From: Macrostomum lignano
Taxonomy: Eukaryota
Reading direction: 5' to 3'
Assembly: GCA_002269645.1 (NCBI GenBank)
Contig: NIVC01001816.1
Span: 124,001 to 188,000 of the forward strand
Length of the DNA: 64,000 nucleotides
This document shows positions 1 to 19,500 of the stretch, in pieces. The notes beneath the pieces are model-generated. The model ran no database searches and had not been told where the DNA came from. It saw only the letters and a program-made list of their open reading frames with translations. Position 1 is the stretch's first letter; each line of letters begins with the position of its first letter. The position numbers and the translations under genes were made by a program.

Positions 1-340
1 CCCATTGAAAAAGGTTTTGGTTTGCATAGTTGAATATTATCCAGGCTTTTTTGTGCCCTATATCGGTGTGAACTTTCAAGAAAAAGCTACTCATGAAGCA
101 CTCTCAAAACTACAAAGTTGGAACTTTGCAAGTCTCCTCAGTAGAAAATAAAGGCAAATATTCGTTGAACGAAACAGAGGCCTCGGACAGATCTCTATAC
201 GCATATGAGCTAGGTCTCATATCCAAGTAGACTTTTTTCACCTGGGCATGCACCTGGGGAAAACCGAGAAGAAGGAAGAGAGAGAAGAGAGAGAGGGAGG
301 TCTGATAAGCACCGCATGGAGATTTCGTCAATAGACTTGA

Positions 341-7561
<7,221 letters not shown>

Positions 7562-9277
7562 ATGTTAGTGCGGCATGCGTCGGTGTCGATTCACAAACAA
7601 TAACAAATAACAAATAGTTTGGACCAACAAGTATTTAATCTGATCCATAGCGGATGTGAAACCTGCTGAAATCATGGGTTATAGCTGTTAAGTGCTATTT
7701 ATTTGATCAAATTTCACTGTGCCAATAGAAGGTGACGTCAAAAATGCAATCTGTTCAACTATGAGTATAGCAAATGCCCTTGGCATTCGTTCGATGGTCT
7801 AAAATATGGTCCATGATTCTGGGGCTGATCTTGCTCCTCCGCAGCATTATCACTGCTTTTGACAGTCTTGTCTAAATGAAAATCTAAGGGTGAAACTACA
7901 GAGCCGCTATGGACCAAATTGATGCTTGTTGGACCAAATTAAATGCTACCATTGTAGAAAAAGCTCCATTGCTTTGACAAGCATACGGCTCGTACCTTGG
8001 ATTAAATTCGATTCATGTAGGCCCAAATGGGCTGCAAAAAGCTAAACTTGCATTCGATCAACAAATTACGTAGTTAGTTAAGACATTGTTCCGTTGTTAG
8101 TCAATGTTACCGCTTTATGGCTCTTTAACACCGTCAGAAATCTCACGAACGATTTAAACTTGCAACGGTGCGAAATTGGAGGCTCGTATGTCAACAACAT
8201 GCATTGACAACCAAAGTAGGACGACACTACATTCGATTTTTTTCTTAGAAATGAGCAGTTCTAGGGCAAGGAACAGTGTTTGTCGTTAGTGCATCTAGTA
8301 AGTCGAGTGTAACTTCGTACTACTGCAGCTGAATTAATATATATTCACTTTCTTTGCTGGATCAATTTTTTCACCTTGCAAAGACACCATTTTTACGGGA
8401 TCGACTAACATACACTTTTACACTAACGATATAGCTCTAAAAATTGATAATTCCCATTTTAGTCTTGAGATGTTACTCAATTGTACCTGTAGACTGGAAC
8501 AGTTGGACCTGCTCATATTTTCGTTATTGGGTTAAATGTATAAAATTTGATGCTGCGTTTAACTTTGTTTGTTTTTCGTCTAATCCTGAGTTGTATCGAT
8601 ATATTGCAGGTTTTAATTTTAATTTCCTCTGTAAATTTTGGGAAATTGTTAAAAAAACTTTTAGACACTACTTATAGGCTGGATTTGTCAGTAGAATGCG
8701 TCAATTTTTGTCATAGCTAGTCGTTTTAAAAGTGACAAATATTAACAAATTGACTGTACGATGTATAAGTAAGAGTATATTGAATGTTTTTCATTTATTC
8801 TGATGATATTCAAACTCAAACTGCTTTTTCTTTACAGTCATTTCTGCCGAAGACTGTGATGTTTAACCATGCAGAATAGATATTTGCTGTCCGGATATAA
8901 ATGTTAATAAAATAGCTGAACTGCCTGTGTGCATCTGTGCAACTTTTCTTCATAAAACACAGTGTGTACGAGCATGGCTAATTAATTTACCTCGTAGTTA
9001 ATTAGTTTTGTTAATCTTCTTATGCGCTCGTAACTAAATCTACTTTTTGATTTCTATTAGCTAAAAAACTGTGCTAGGTTCTACTTCGGTGGATGATGCA
9101 GTGTAGTACAGAATTAAATAATCATCGAGTACTTCTGACAGACTTTTAACGATGCTATCGCAATTTATATCGGTTTCCTAAGGCTAATTATACAACACAA
9201 ATATCTAATAGAGTTGTTATATTGTTGTTATAAAGTTGTTAAAGTTGTTATATTTCAAGAGCTTTTACTCAAAATTG

Positions 9278-12200
9278 TTAATAGATGATGCAATCCAACG
9301 GTCGCTTCCGTCCCAGCTTAGTCCAGACGAGCTCGATCAACAGGATGAGCAGGCCGATGGTGTACAGGCAGCCCGTGATCAGCAGGCAGCCGCTTACGCC
9401 TTCCAAACTGATGCCGTCGGCCTCCGTGGATCTGCCGTCTCCTTTGCCGCAGTCGGTGAAGTTCTCTCTGGACCAGTAGAAATCGAAGAGTCTCTGCATC
9501 AGTCCAGACTCGTGCATCTTCTGCAAGCTGATGGGCGAGCGTTGATTGTGGACAAATTTAGCGTGGTTATTTTTAGCCTAGCGTAGCCTAGTGGTCTAGC
9601 GTAGCCTAGTGGTCAAGCGTAGCCTAGCGGTCTAGCGTAGCCTAGTGGTCTAGCGTAGCCTAGTGGTCTAGCTTAGCCTAGTGGTCTAGCGTAGCCTAGT
9701 GGTCTAGCGTAGCCTAGTGGTCTAGCGTAGCCTAGTGGTCTAGCGTAGCCTAGTGGTCTAGGGTAGCCTAGTGGTCTAGCGTAGCCTAGTGATCTAGCGT
9801 AGCCTAGTGGTCTAGCGTAGCCTAGTGGTTTAGCGTAGCCTAGTGGTTTAGCGTAGCCCAGCGGTCTAGCGTAGCCTAGTGGCCTAGCTTAGCCTAGTGG
9901 TTTAGCGTAGCCCAGCGGTCTAGCGTAGCCTAGTGGCCTAGCTTAGCCTAGTGGTTTAGGGTAGCCTAGTGGTCTAGCGTAGCCTAGTGGTCTAGCGTAG
10001 CCTAGTGGTCAAGCGTAGCCTAGTGGTCTAGCGTAGCCCAGCGGACTCGCTTAGCCCAGTGGTATAGTGTAGCCTACATGTAGTGGTCTAGCGTAGCCAT
10101 TTGTTACAATGTTACAATTGTTACAATAGTAGCAAACTTATAGTAAACTAATAGTTAGTTTGTCAACTCCAATGGCAATCTTTTGAGCAACCGAAGCAAA
10201 TAACTGGGTAGCATAGGTCGTTAGCTAAAATTTTACTTGTAGTCGAACATTTGAGCATAGAAAGCGTCTTCCGAGTACATAAGCGCCACCGTAGATGGAT
10301 TGAAAGTCTCCGAGAGCATGTAGTACAAGGAGCAGTGCCTGATTGCTTGGCCCAACAGAAAGGTGTAGTCATTTATGCAGGCTGCGTCATTTTTCGGTGG
10401 CTGAGAAAAGTTTTGTTTTAGAACTTCCTTTAGTGACTTGGAACGTTTAATTTGCTTAGTGTCAACAACCCGAAACACGACAATTCAAGACTCACATTAT
10501 ACGGACAGTATTCTCCAGCTGGCATGACCACCATTGCGTCAGCGATTTGCTTGTAGATGCCTGACTCGGCAGTAGTGAGCAAGGTGTAATGGTTCGTGCC
10601 GGTTGGAACGTAGGGCTTAACAGCGGTTTGAGAGACCAGGTCTGTCAGGGTTTTGATCGGATAGTCCGTGACAGTCACAGTCAGGTGAGCAGTCAAGTCA
10701 CCTGTAATGATAATTAGGAATGGTAGTAGCTTATTACCCTAGAAATTAATTATACATTAGCTCATAAAAGCACTAGCAGACGCACCGGTAAAAGCTCCAA
10801 ATATGATCAAGGTAAACATCCACCAAAATGCCATAACAGTCCTTGGCGACATCGCAAACGGGTAGAAGTCCTGGCCCTGCTGCAGGAAGCTCCCGATAGC
10901 GCTCCAAATGTACTCATGCAGCCAGATCTCATCAGAAACTGCGTACTCAAGGCCCAAGTTGTAAGCCGAGAATGGAGAGTAGTAAGCAAGGACCCACATG
11001 ACAACTGAGGCGCATGCCAAAGTGCCTAGCAGGAGGTACCACACAGACGGACTCAACGGAGTAAAAATGTTCCACATCTTTGTGTCTGGTGGCGGTTTCG
11101 GCACCATGACTGCGGTGGATTGGTCGAACAGCGGCGTTGAGAAGTCGATAACGGAATCGCGAATTGAAGTCTTGGTGAAGGGGCCAGCTCCCAGGTGTGA
11201 GATCTGGACGCCGGGAAATCAGATATAAGCAAGTATAAATAACTGATATCATTCTTCACCGAAAAAAATCTTGAGAAAACATGACAGCCCACGCACTCCA
11301 CGCTGAAGCTCTCCGACACATCCTGAGAAGTAGGGTTTGCCTGCCTGGGGCGCACCCCAGTTACCGTCGTCAGGTGCCTTAGTGATGTATCTGCATTTTC
11401 AGGTAAAACTCCCATCCAACTTATACTTTAATAAGGCAGGTAATTAAGGACGACTATAAAAAGGTTACCTAAAATCCATTTTCTGAGCCAAAATGTCCAG
11501 CACATCTCGAGTCATTCCTCGAATAATCACAGTTTTGTTTGGGAACTCAGCAACAAAGTCTGTCATCGGAGAGGTCTGAAAAGTTAGAAGAAAACTCATT
11601 CATTTGATCTGAATGTTGAGATAATTTTGAGAGAAAGCTGCGGTTGAGAGAAATGCATTTCCAAAAGACATGTAGAACAACAAAAGAGATTTGTCAAAGT
11701 AACTAACTCTAGGGGTACACATAACCAAGGTCTGGTTCTTGAATCCCATGAAGGTGTTCGGGAATGCCAAGCTGACTCCCTTGTAGTGGAACAGCTTGCT
11801 CAGAGCTCCGCTCGATGCATCGAACTGAGCCGACCTCAGCATCGAGACCGGAGACGACCACAGCTCATTGTAGGACGCGACCACTTCGACTCGTTGCGAG
11901 CTGAAGTGTCTGGTCGAGCTGTTGAACGAGATCAGGCCTCGCTGAGTGTCATAGTCGCTGATCTGCACATCGAGTAGGGATTGGGGAGAGACCAGCTCGA
12001 AACTAATAATGCTTGTCAATGCTTGCTAGCTAGTGAGCTCACTCACACTCATGAGTCTGTTGAGCACAGTCGAGCCCGATGTCCAGTGGCGCAGAGGCGC
12101 ACACGAGGCGTTGCCGGGAGAGAATCCCGGATCCAGCAGCGAGTCGTTGAGCGCCTTGGCCATGGCTTCTACGGCGTCTACGAAGCGAGCGTCCAGAGTC

Positions 12201-13549
12201 TGTCGAATGCAAATGCGACGATCGAGTGCGACAGTGGCATGCGTTGCACACGTGCGGTGCTGCATGATGAATCCCTGCAGCCATCAAGCAGCACACATGA
12301 AACGCTCACCCGAAGCCAGTCCGTCTGGCACTGAGGAAACACATCCATCACTGCTGCTGTGCACTCGGTGAACACGCTGCCTCTCAGCAGAGCGACGTTC
12401 GCGTTCGCCGGCGTCACGCTGAGCACATCGGCCTTGGACAGTCCGGTGTCGAGCACGAGCCAGAAGTAGTTCTGCTGCATCACTGCAGCTTCACTGGCGA
12501 GCCTGAGCACACTGAGAGCATTGCGAGGAGAGGCGAGCAGCAGCAGCTTGAACACTTTCTTCTTGACCAGCCGCTTGAGGTGGTGCACCAGGTCAGGAGT
12601 AACAGAAGCGTTGACAGAGTCGTCCACTCGGAATGTGAGACTGCTCACACCGGCAGAGGAGAGACTGGACTGCAGGTTCTGCAGCATCAGTGAATCTGAA
12701 TCAATTTTATGGTTCGTATTATGTTAATATTTATAGCTAGAAAAAGTGCTACCGTATGAAACCTGACCCGAATACCGGAAAAAGTACATAAAATAAAGAT
12801 TTTGCAAAACATTCAAACCTTGTTTTTTATCGTAAAGCATGGCGACTTTGTTGAGTTCCGATTCGTCTTTGAATATGCTTGCCGCTGCGCGCATGATGTC
12901 GTGAGAGCTGTGTCTGGCTACCACAGTGTATCCTGCTATTTTTTAGGCAAGTTTAGATTGGCCAGCTTATTAATACTGAATGAAATTGTCAAAAGAACTT
13001 TAGAAGACAAGCTGCAGCATACCTTTGCTCAGCCGAGCAGAGTCGCACAGTCCAGTCGGCAGGGCGATCAGCGGCAGCTGCAGAGACTTGCTCAGTGAGC
13101 TCACTTCATCCAGTAGAGAGCAGCTGCCGACGCCAATCAGACCTGACAGGCCGCTCTTCGAGCACACTGCGGAGCGAGACACAGACACATGCACAGTTTC
13201 ACAGCTCGCACTCACACTTGCATTCGTACAATTCATGCTTCAATTGTGTGCATTGATTGAGCAGGTTGAGCAGAGCAGCGATTGAGTCGCGTAGCAAATG
13301 CTTCAACTCACCAGTCCTGACAGCCTGGTGTGAGCTGCACGAGCTCACATTGACATGCACATATGAGAGTGTGTGGCCCTGCAGCACTCTCCAGTTGTAG
13401 TTGACCCGTCTGGCGAAGGCGACGTCGATGAGCGAGCTGTTCAAGTTTCCGGCCTCCGTGATCACGCCAACTCTCAGGTCCAGGGCGGATGAGCTGCCCA
13501 GATAAACTGAGAAGGCAGTGACTATTGCTAACACGCGTGCAACTGCCAT
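9278..13549 (-). CDS. Ionotropic glutamate receptor-like subunit, paralog A (signal peptide, ATD, S1, M1-M3, S2, M4); 12 exons, 842 aa
   Basis: Exons 13549-13312, 13166-13023, 12932-12819, 12695-12310, 12199-12047, 11962-11708, 11575-11469, 11390-11297, 11203-10786, 10701-10496, 10400-10237, 9527-9278 sum to 2529 nt, all GT-AG and in phase. Motifs: DGNWG...GCVGELQRG, GPFTKTSIRDSVIDFSTP, WSAIGSFLQQGQD (pore), WWMFTLII, LQKMHESG..QRL...YW, C-terminal M4. The exon 5 acceptor has an alternative in-frame candidate ~85 nt upstream. Confidence 0.9.
9576..10098. repeat. 18-bp minisatellite in last intron of iGluR paralog A
   Basis: Unit CTAGCGTAGCCTAGTGGT; period 18 between 9581 and 9599. Confidence 0.95.
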
Positions 13550-14269
13550 TACTTTGGAGTTAGTTGATTAGTAGCTCGTAGAGTTGATTGTATTTGGATT
13601 CACATGCAAGGTCTTTTTATATAGGGATATCAGCAGCCAATCAAGTCCAAGTCAGCTACCGTTGGAAATAACTCTCAGGCAGTTTCCATCGCTTACTTTA
13701 TTTTTATATAGCTTGCGAAGATTTTTAAGTTCACTTATCATGCCGATTCTGGTTTTCAGTAATGTAAAAGAGTCTTCCTTAACTTCTTTTGCAGTTGAAT
13801 AGCAGAAATAACTTTGCCTGTGCACAAATATGTGTGCTTCTGCGTGCTGAGGGTTCAGCAGAACCAGTTTGAATGCTTGTATCCTCGGCGGCTGCGGGAT
13901 CCCCTGTCACGTGTGATTTGCAACAGTGCTCCAAGCCTTCCTACAGACTAACCAACTAATAATTCATCGCAAAAAACGTGACAGAGCGTCAAAGTTATTT
14001 AGTACTTGTTGACAAAATTTCTCCCGCGCATATCTCCTTTTGTAAAGTTAATGAATCTTAGTCATAGGTAAGAATTGAAACCTTCAAGCATTTAGGTATA
14101 TGCACTGTACTTGATAGTCTGATAGATTGACAGATTTTGCTATTAAATGTGCCACTGATTGACTGGAAGAAATCATTGGGTCATTGTAGAAGCAGTTTGC
14201 GTCAAATTTTAGCCCAAGCTATTTAAGTGCTGATGCACTAAATTCGCCAAATTTATCAGTGCAGCAGTG

Positions 14270-14505
14270 TATGTATGTGTGTGTGTGTGTGTGAAGCCAG
14301 AGTCTGTCGCTGACACGTCCATCAGTTGCTGCCGACTGCATCCACATCCGGCCCGCGCCCCAGCTTGGCACGCAACCATTTCCAGAACTTGGTGACTCCT
14401 TGCTCCTTGCTGTTCAGGTCCCGCATGCAAAGCAGCCCGAGTTCCTCGCGTCGGCTCCACGTGGCCGGACACTCCACCAGATGCTCAAGGGTCTCGCTCG
14501 CTGAG
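14270..14505 (-). mobile_element. 3' end of a 5'-truncated non-LTR retrotransposon (host of the nested insertion), with (CA)n tail
   Basis: Minus strand continues the reading from 20333 as ...SASETLEHLVECPATWSRREELG...GSN*, then a short UTR and a (CA)n/CATA tail at ~14270-14293. AGTGCAGCAGTG at 14258-14269 recurs at 20535-20546 (candidate 12-bp TSD). Confidence 0.75.
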
Positions 14506-14980
14506 GCCGGGGCTGTTGCCCCCAGGACCCCGGGTCCTGCACGTAATGGCGTGGTGAACTATCTGTGCAGTATGAGACTGGTATGGCCTTTATCCCAGCC
14601 AGCGATGCTCACACCTGCCTCCCCTGGCGGGCTGATAGCTCAAGAGACTCTGTCTCCTGATTTTCACCTTGCAGGGCGCACTTCGAAGGGTACTCGTCCC
14701 GTGGGTGTTAAGGCAGGCCCCCTTGGGCCCTGCCGAGCTGATTCGTTGGCGCCGGGTCCTGGTGTGACCATAAACGCACCCTCTAATGTCCCAGTGTAAC
14801 TCCGTGCTGATGGACGCTTGGCCAGGGAGTAGTCTGGTCGCTAACGGTTCCCCTTGCGCTTTTGGGTCCCCCGCAGGGTGGTATTTTGCTTTTTGGGGGC
14901 CTGCCGCTTGGTTTGGGGTTGCGGCCTTGCGGCTCCTTGCCTGTGTTCTGCAGGAAGTCCCACCTTTTTACTTCCAGCCA

Positions 14981-16501
14981 ATGGCTTCTAACCGAAGTAA
15001 CAAACCGGCTGTGGATGACACAGTGCCTCCGGCCTCGGCTGGGGCCGTGGACTCCTCGGCCATACCACCTGCTACCATCGGGGACGCCTCGGCGAGACCC
15101 GTGGAGCCAACTCTGAGCGGTGCCTCCGAGAAGACACCTGCTACTCCAGCTGCTAAGAAACGCAGCACCACCTCTGGAGCTGCCCGCCGTCGACTTAACA
15201 AGGCGAGGCGGGCCAAGGAGGGCGGAAGCCAAACCGGTGCCAGGGGCCAACGGCCCGCGGCAGCGGAAGCTTCCCAGTCTGGGGCGGTGGCGGAAGAGGG
15301 CCTCGAGCCCACGGAAGCCCCTGCCCAGGATAGGGAGGCCGATGCAGCCGGGAGGGTGGACAGCCCACCTGAAGAAAGCTCCACTGACCCCCGGGCCTCC
15401 TACGCTGATGCGGCAAAGAGGCAACCGGCGGTTGTCATCCTGGGAAAGGACGCGCGCCTGTCTCCCGATCAGCTGAAGCAGGTGAGAAGTGCCGTTGATG
15501 GCCTCCTGTGGAAGCAAACTCTGAAGGGCACGCCTCTGAACATTCATTCGAATGCGACGAGGGACTCGTGCCTTCTCATTTGGCCCAGTGATGCTGACTC
15601 GGGTCGGCGGCTCCTTGAGCTGCTGCCCGAGCAGAGCTGGGACCTCAACCTAGCCTTCTGCAGAGAGGACGAGCGCCCCCGGACCAAGAGGCATCGAATC
15701 TGGGTCCCGGCCAGGAGCGTTGTTACCTCTGCTGACGAGCTCCGGAAAGGACTGCTAGCAGTCAACCGGGAGCTTCCCGCCGCGGGCCTAGTGGTGCATG
15801 ACACCCTTAAGCGCACCGACGGCACTGGCTTCACAGCCATCCTGGGGCTGTCGGACGCCTGGATGAGGCGTTATCCACACGGCAGCTTCATCAACGTCGG
15901 CCTTTGGAAGCTGCGCATCCGCTCCTACGAGGCCGACCCTCCCCGTGGCAGTGAGCAGGGCGGGCGGGATGCGGAGGCGGCCGGGGCCGAGGCGCAAGCC
16001 TCTGCTCAGACTGCCAAAGCAAACCGCCCTGCCCGGCAGCACGGCCGCACGGGCAAAGCTGAGCGCGCTGCTGAGGGCGGAGGCGACCGACGCCCGGCGC
16101 GCAGCACCAAGCGGCGCGGCCTGTACCAGCGTGCAGCTGAGGCAGTCCGTACCGCCAAAATCTCCCAGCTGAGGCGAGAGGTCGCCGGGACGCCTAGGCG
16201 CACCAGTTCGTCCAGGGAGGGTGGGGACGTCCCAGCTGGGCCCAACCCCTCGGGGCAGGGCCGACTGGAGACGGACCCGCCTGCCCAGGCGGCTGGCTGC
16301 TCCAGGGCATTGGGCCAATCTGAGGCGGAGGACCCCATGGATGGTGGGCAAAGGGCGGCGAACGCTGCCTACTGCCTTCCGGCCAATCGGGGGCCTTTTG
16401 CTGAAGAAGAGCCCATGGACACCGGCGACCCCGACCCGAAGCCGGTGAGCGCCGAGGAGGAGGAGGAACTCCTGGCGGCTGCAACATCCGATCTGCAATG
16501 A
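14981..16501 (+). CDS. Non-LTR element ORF1 (gag-like, DUF4780-like core, no CCHC knuckle)
   Basis: Long ORF with SYADAAKR motif and RIWVP...GLLAVNREL...LGLSD...INVGLWKLRIR core. Its TGA overlaps the ORF2 ATG (ATGA at 16498-16501). The in-frame ATG at 14981 was chosen as start. The domain name is from recollection, not a search. Confidence 0.75.
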   Translation: MASNRSNKPAVDDTVPPASAGAVDSSAIPPATIGDASARPVEPTLSGASEKTPATPAAKKRSTTSGAARRRLNKARRAKEGGSQTGARGQRPAAAEASQSGAVAEEGLEPTEAPAQDREADAAGRVDSPPEESSTDPRASYADAAKRQPAVVILGKDARLSPDQLKQVRSAVDGLLWKQTLKGTPLNIHSNATRDSCLLIWPSDADSGRRLLELLPEQSWDLNLAFCREDERPRTKRHRIWVPARSVVTSADELRKGLLAVNRELPAAGLVVHDTLKRTDGTGFTAILGLSDAWMRRYPHGSFINVGLWKLRIRSYEADPPRGSEQGGRDAEAAGAEAQASAQTAKANRPARQHGRTGKAERAAEGGGDRRPARSTKRRGLYQRAAEAVRTAKISQLRREVAGTPRRTSSSREGGDVPAGPNPSGQGRLETDPPAQAAGCSRALGQSEAEDPMDGGQRAANAAYCLPANRGPFAEEEPMDTGDPDPKPVSAEEEEELLAAATSDLQ

Positions 16502-19500
16502 TGCCAGCGACTACCTGGTGTCTGCAGATCAACACCCAGCACTGCGTGGCGGCGTCGGTCAACCTGATGCGCACGGCAGAGCAACAGCTTCCGGGCCTGG
16601 TCTTCGTACAGGAGCCCTGGATGACTAAAGGTAAGCCAAATAATGTGCCATCTGGCTACCACTGTTTTTGCATGGCGGGCTCTCAGCCTCGCCCAAGATC
16701 TCTGGTCTTTGCTGCAAAAGCTTTTGAGGCATGGATGAGACCTGATCTCTCGACTGGGGACATCTGTGTTGTTCAAATCAATAACCTCATTCCCAATAAA
16801 CCTGTGCTGGTAGCTTTTGCCTATTTCCCGGGCGATGCCCCAGTTGTCTGCGACGCGTTAGTCAACCTTACTGACTATGCTGCGTCCCATCGGTTCGAGC
16901 TGCTCATTGCAGGGGATGTGAACGCACACCACCTGCATTGGGGCAGCAAGAACATCAATAGCAGAGGCGAGGAGCTGCTGGCCTATGTCAGCAGCACTAA
17001 CCTCAACTTCTGTAACGTGGGCAATGCACCAACGTTCAATAATGGGCGGTGGGCCGAAGTCATCGACACCACCATCGCCTCACCCGGACTGCTTTCCGCA
17101 GTTACGGGCTGGCGAGTGTGGGACGAGGACTCGCTCTCGGACCACCGCTTTATCCGCTTTTGCATTGGGCCGACCAAGCAAAAGCCTAAGGTCACTTGGA
17201 GTCGGAACGTCAGGAACACCGATTGGGCCGCCTTTGGCTCGAAGCTGAGCCGCGGCCTTCGGGATCTTGACCCCCCCAGTGACCTCTCTGACTGCCAGGT
17301 GGTGGACGATCTCGCCTCCTCCCTGGGCGGGGCGATCACCACTGCCTTTGAAGCAGCCTGCCCCCTAAAGGCCTATAAAGGCAAGAAATCTGCTCCCTGG
17401 TGGAACCCAGAGCTCGGGGCCCTTCGGCGCCGAGCCAGGACCCTCCAAAGGCGAGCGCTCAAAACCAAAGACCCATCTGACAGAGAGGCCTATACCCGTG
17501 CGATCCACGAGTTTAAGGGCCAAGTCAGAAGGGCCAAGACGGCCAAGTGGCGCCAATATTGCGAAGGGCTTGAGGGCTCTCGCCCCGTAGCCCGCGTGGT
17601 TAAGGCACTCACTAATGACCGTTTTTCTAAACTCTCTGTTGTGAAGAGACCTGACGGCTCGGTCACAGAGAGTTCGGAAGAGACTCTAGAGCTCATGCTC
17701 AACAGTTTTTTCCCTAAATCTCCGACTCAGCAGGGCCCGCCGACCACACAGTGGGAGGGCAAGGCCTAGCAAAGTCTATGATCACCAAAGACCGCATTAT
17801 TAGAGCGGCAAGGTCCTTTAACCCGTTCAAGGCGCCTGGGCCCGACGGCATCTACCCAGCGTTCTTGCACGAGGCGGTGAAAAACCACCGCTTCCTGGAC
17901 CTGCTCTGTCGTCTCCTTCGAGCTTGTATGGAGCTGGGCTATGTACCAGTTGCATGGAGAGAGGCCCGGGTGGTCTTTATCCCCAAGCCTGGAAAGAGCG
18001 ACTACCAATCGGTGAAGGCCTTCAGGCCTATCAGCCTCACTTCTTTCTGCCTCAAGCTCCTCGAGAGACTGGTGCTTTGGCGCCTACTTTCGGTCGAGCT
18101 GAAGCGCTTCCCACGCTCGCAGAACCAGCACGCCTTCCGCGCGGGCAGGTCAACCGAGAGTGCTCTCCATGTCATTGTTGACTTCCTGGAGAGGGCCGTT
18201 CTTGGCAGCGGCTTTGCCCTCTCGCTTTTCCTGGACATTGAGGGGGCCTTCGACAACGTCATCTTCGAGGCCTTTTGCAGAGCCCTGGAATCCAGGGCCA
18301 CGCACCCTCACCTTGTCCGGTGGATCATGTTCATGATCCGAAACCGCACTGTTGTGGCCCACCTGAGCGGCAGCTCTCTTTCGGTGCCTGTCCTGAAAGG
18401 GGGCCCCCAGGGCGGCGTTCTCACCCCCGTTCTCTGGAACATGGTCATGGATGAGTTGCTTTGCAGTGATCTCCACGACCCCATTCTCAAGGTGGGCTAT
18501 GCCGATGATGTGACCGCGATATGCGCGGGCCCCTCGGTTGATACCATCAGAGACCTTCTGCAGGGCTTTCTGGGACGAGCGGAGCGTTGGGCAGACCAAT
18601 GTGGCCTTAGACTCTCAGAGTCGAAAACCACAGCAGTCATGTTTACCAACAAACTGCTCTGGACCATTAAGCCCCTCACCCTCTATGGAAAGAATATTTC
18701 CATGGAGAAGCAGGTCCGCTGCCTGGGCCTCACTCTGGACCACAGGCTTAACTGGACTCCGCACATTCAAACTAAAGCCAAAAAAGCCCTGGCTGTACTG
18801 GCTCAGATCAGGCGCGCCGTGGGCACCACCTGGGGGCTCACCCCCAGGAAGCTGTGGTGGATTTACACTGCCATCATCCGCCCCTCGATCAGTTACGCCA
18901 GCCTCGTGTGGGCTAGCGGCCTGAGCGTCAAGAGCAACCTCGACGCTCTCTACAAAATCCAGGGCAGAGCCTGCCGCATGACTATGGGCGCTCCACCCTC
19001 TACTCCTTTTGAAGGCATGAATGCCTTCCTCTGTGCCCCTCCTTTGGATATTTATATCAAAGGAGAGGCGGCGAAGAGCACCCGGCGTCTTCTGGATGCT
19101 GGGGTGGCCTTCAAGAAAGTGCGGGCCTTTAAGAAGCGGTCGCTTATCCCGCACTCTGACCTCTGCCTCAAGGCTCTCGAGGAGTGTGGCGGGCTCAACA
19201 TCCTCACGGACTCGATCCCAGCCACCCTTCTCCTGAGCCAAAGGTATAAGGTCACCATTCAGCCTCGACACGAGGCGAGTGACAGCTGGAGCGACTCTGA
19301 AGTCCACTGTTACACTGACGGCTCTATGAGGCATGGTCTTTCAGGCTTCGGAGCTTGCGTCTTCTTCAAGGGAGAAGTGGTGTGGAGCTACTCCCAGCAC
19401 ACTGGGCTCAACTCCAGTGTTTTTCAGAGCGAGGTGCTTGCCATCAGCTCCTGCGCGGCAGAGCTGCGCCGAAGGCAGCTTAGCGGCCGGAAATTTATTT

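Noticed and set aside
17706-17717. T TTT TTC slippery heptamer as a programmed -1 frameshift joining the two ORF2 halves
   Set aside because: A -1 slip there reads TTT CCC TAA and terminates at once; the frame break must lie after 17717.
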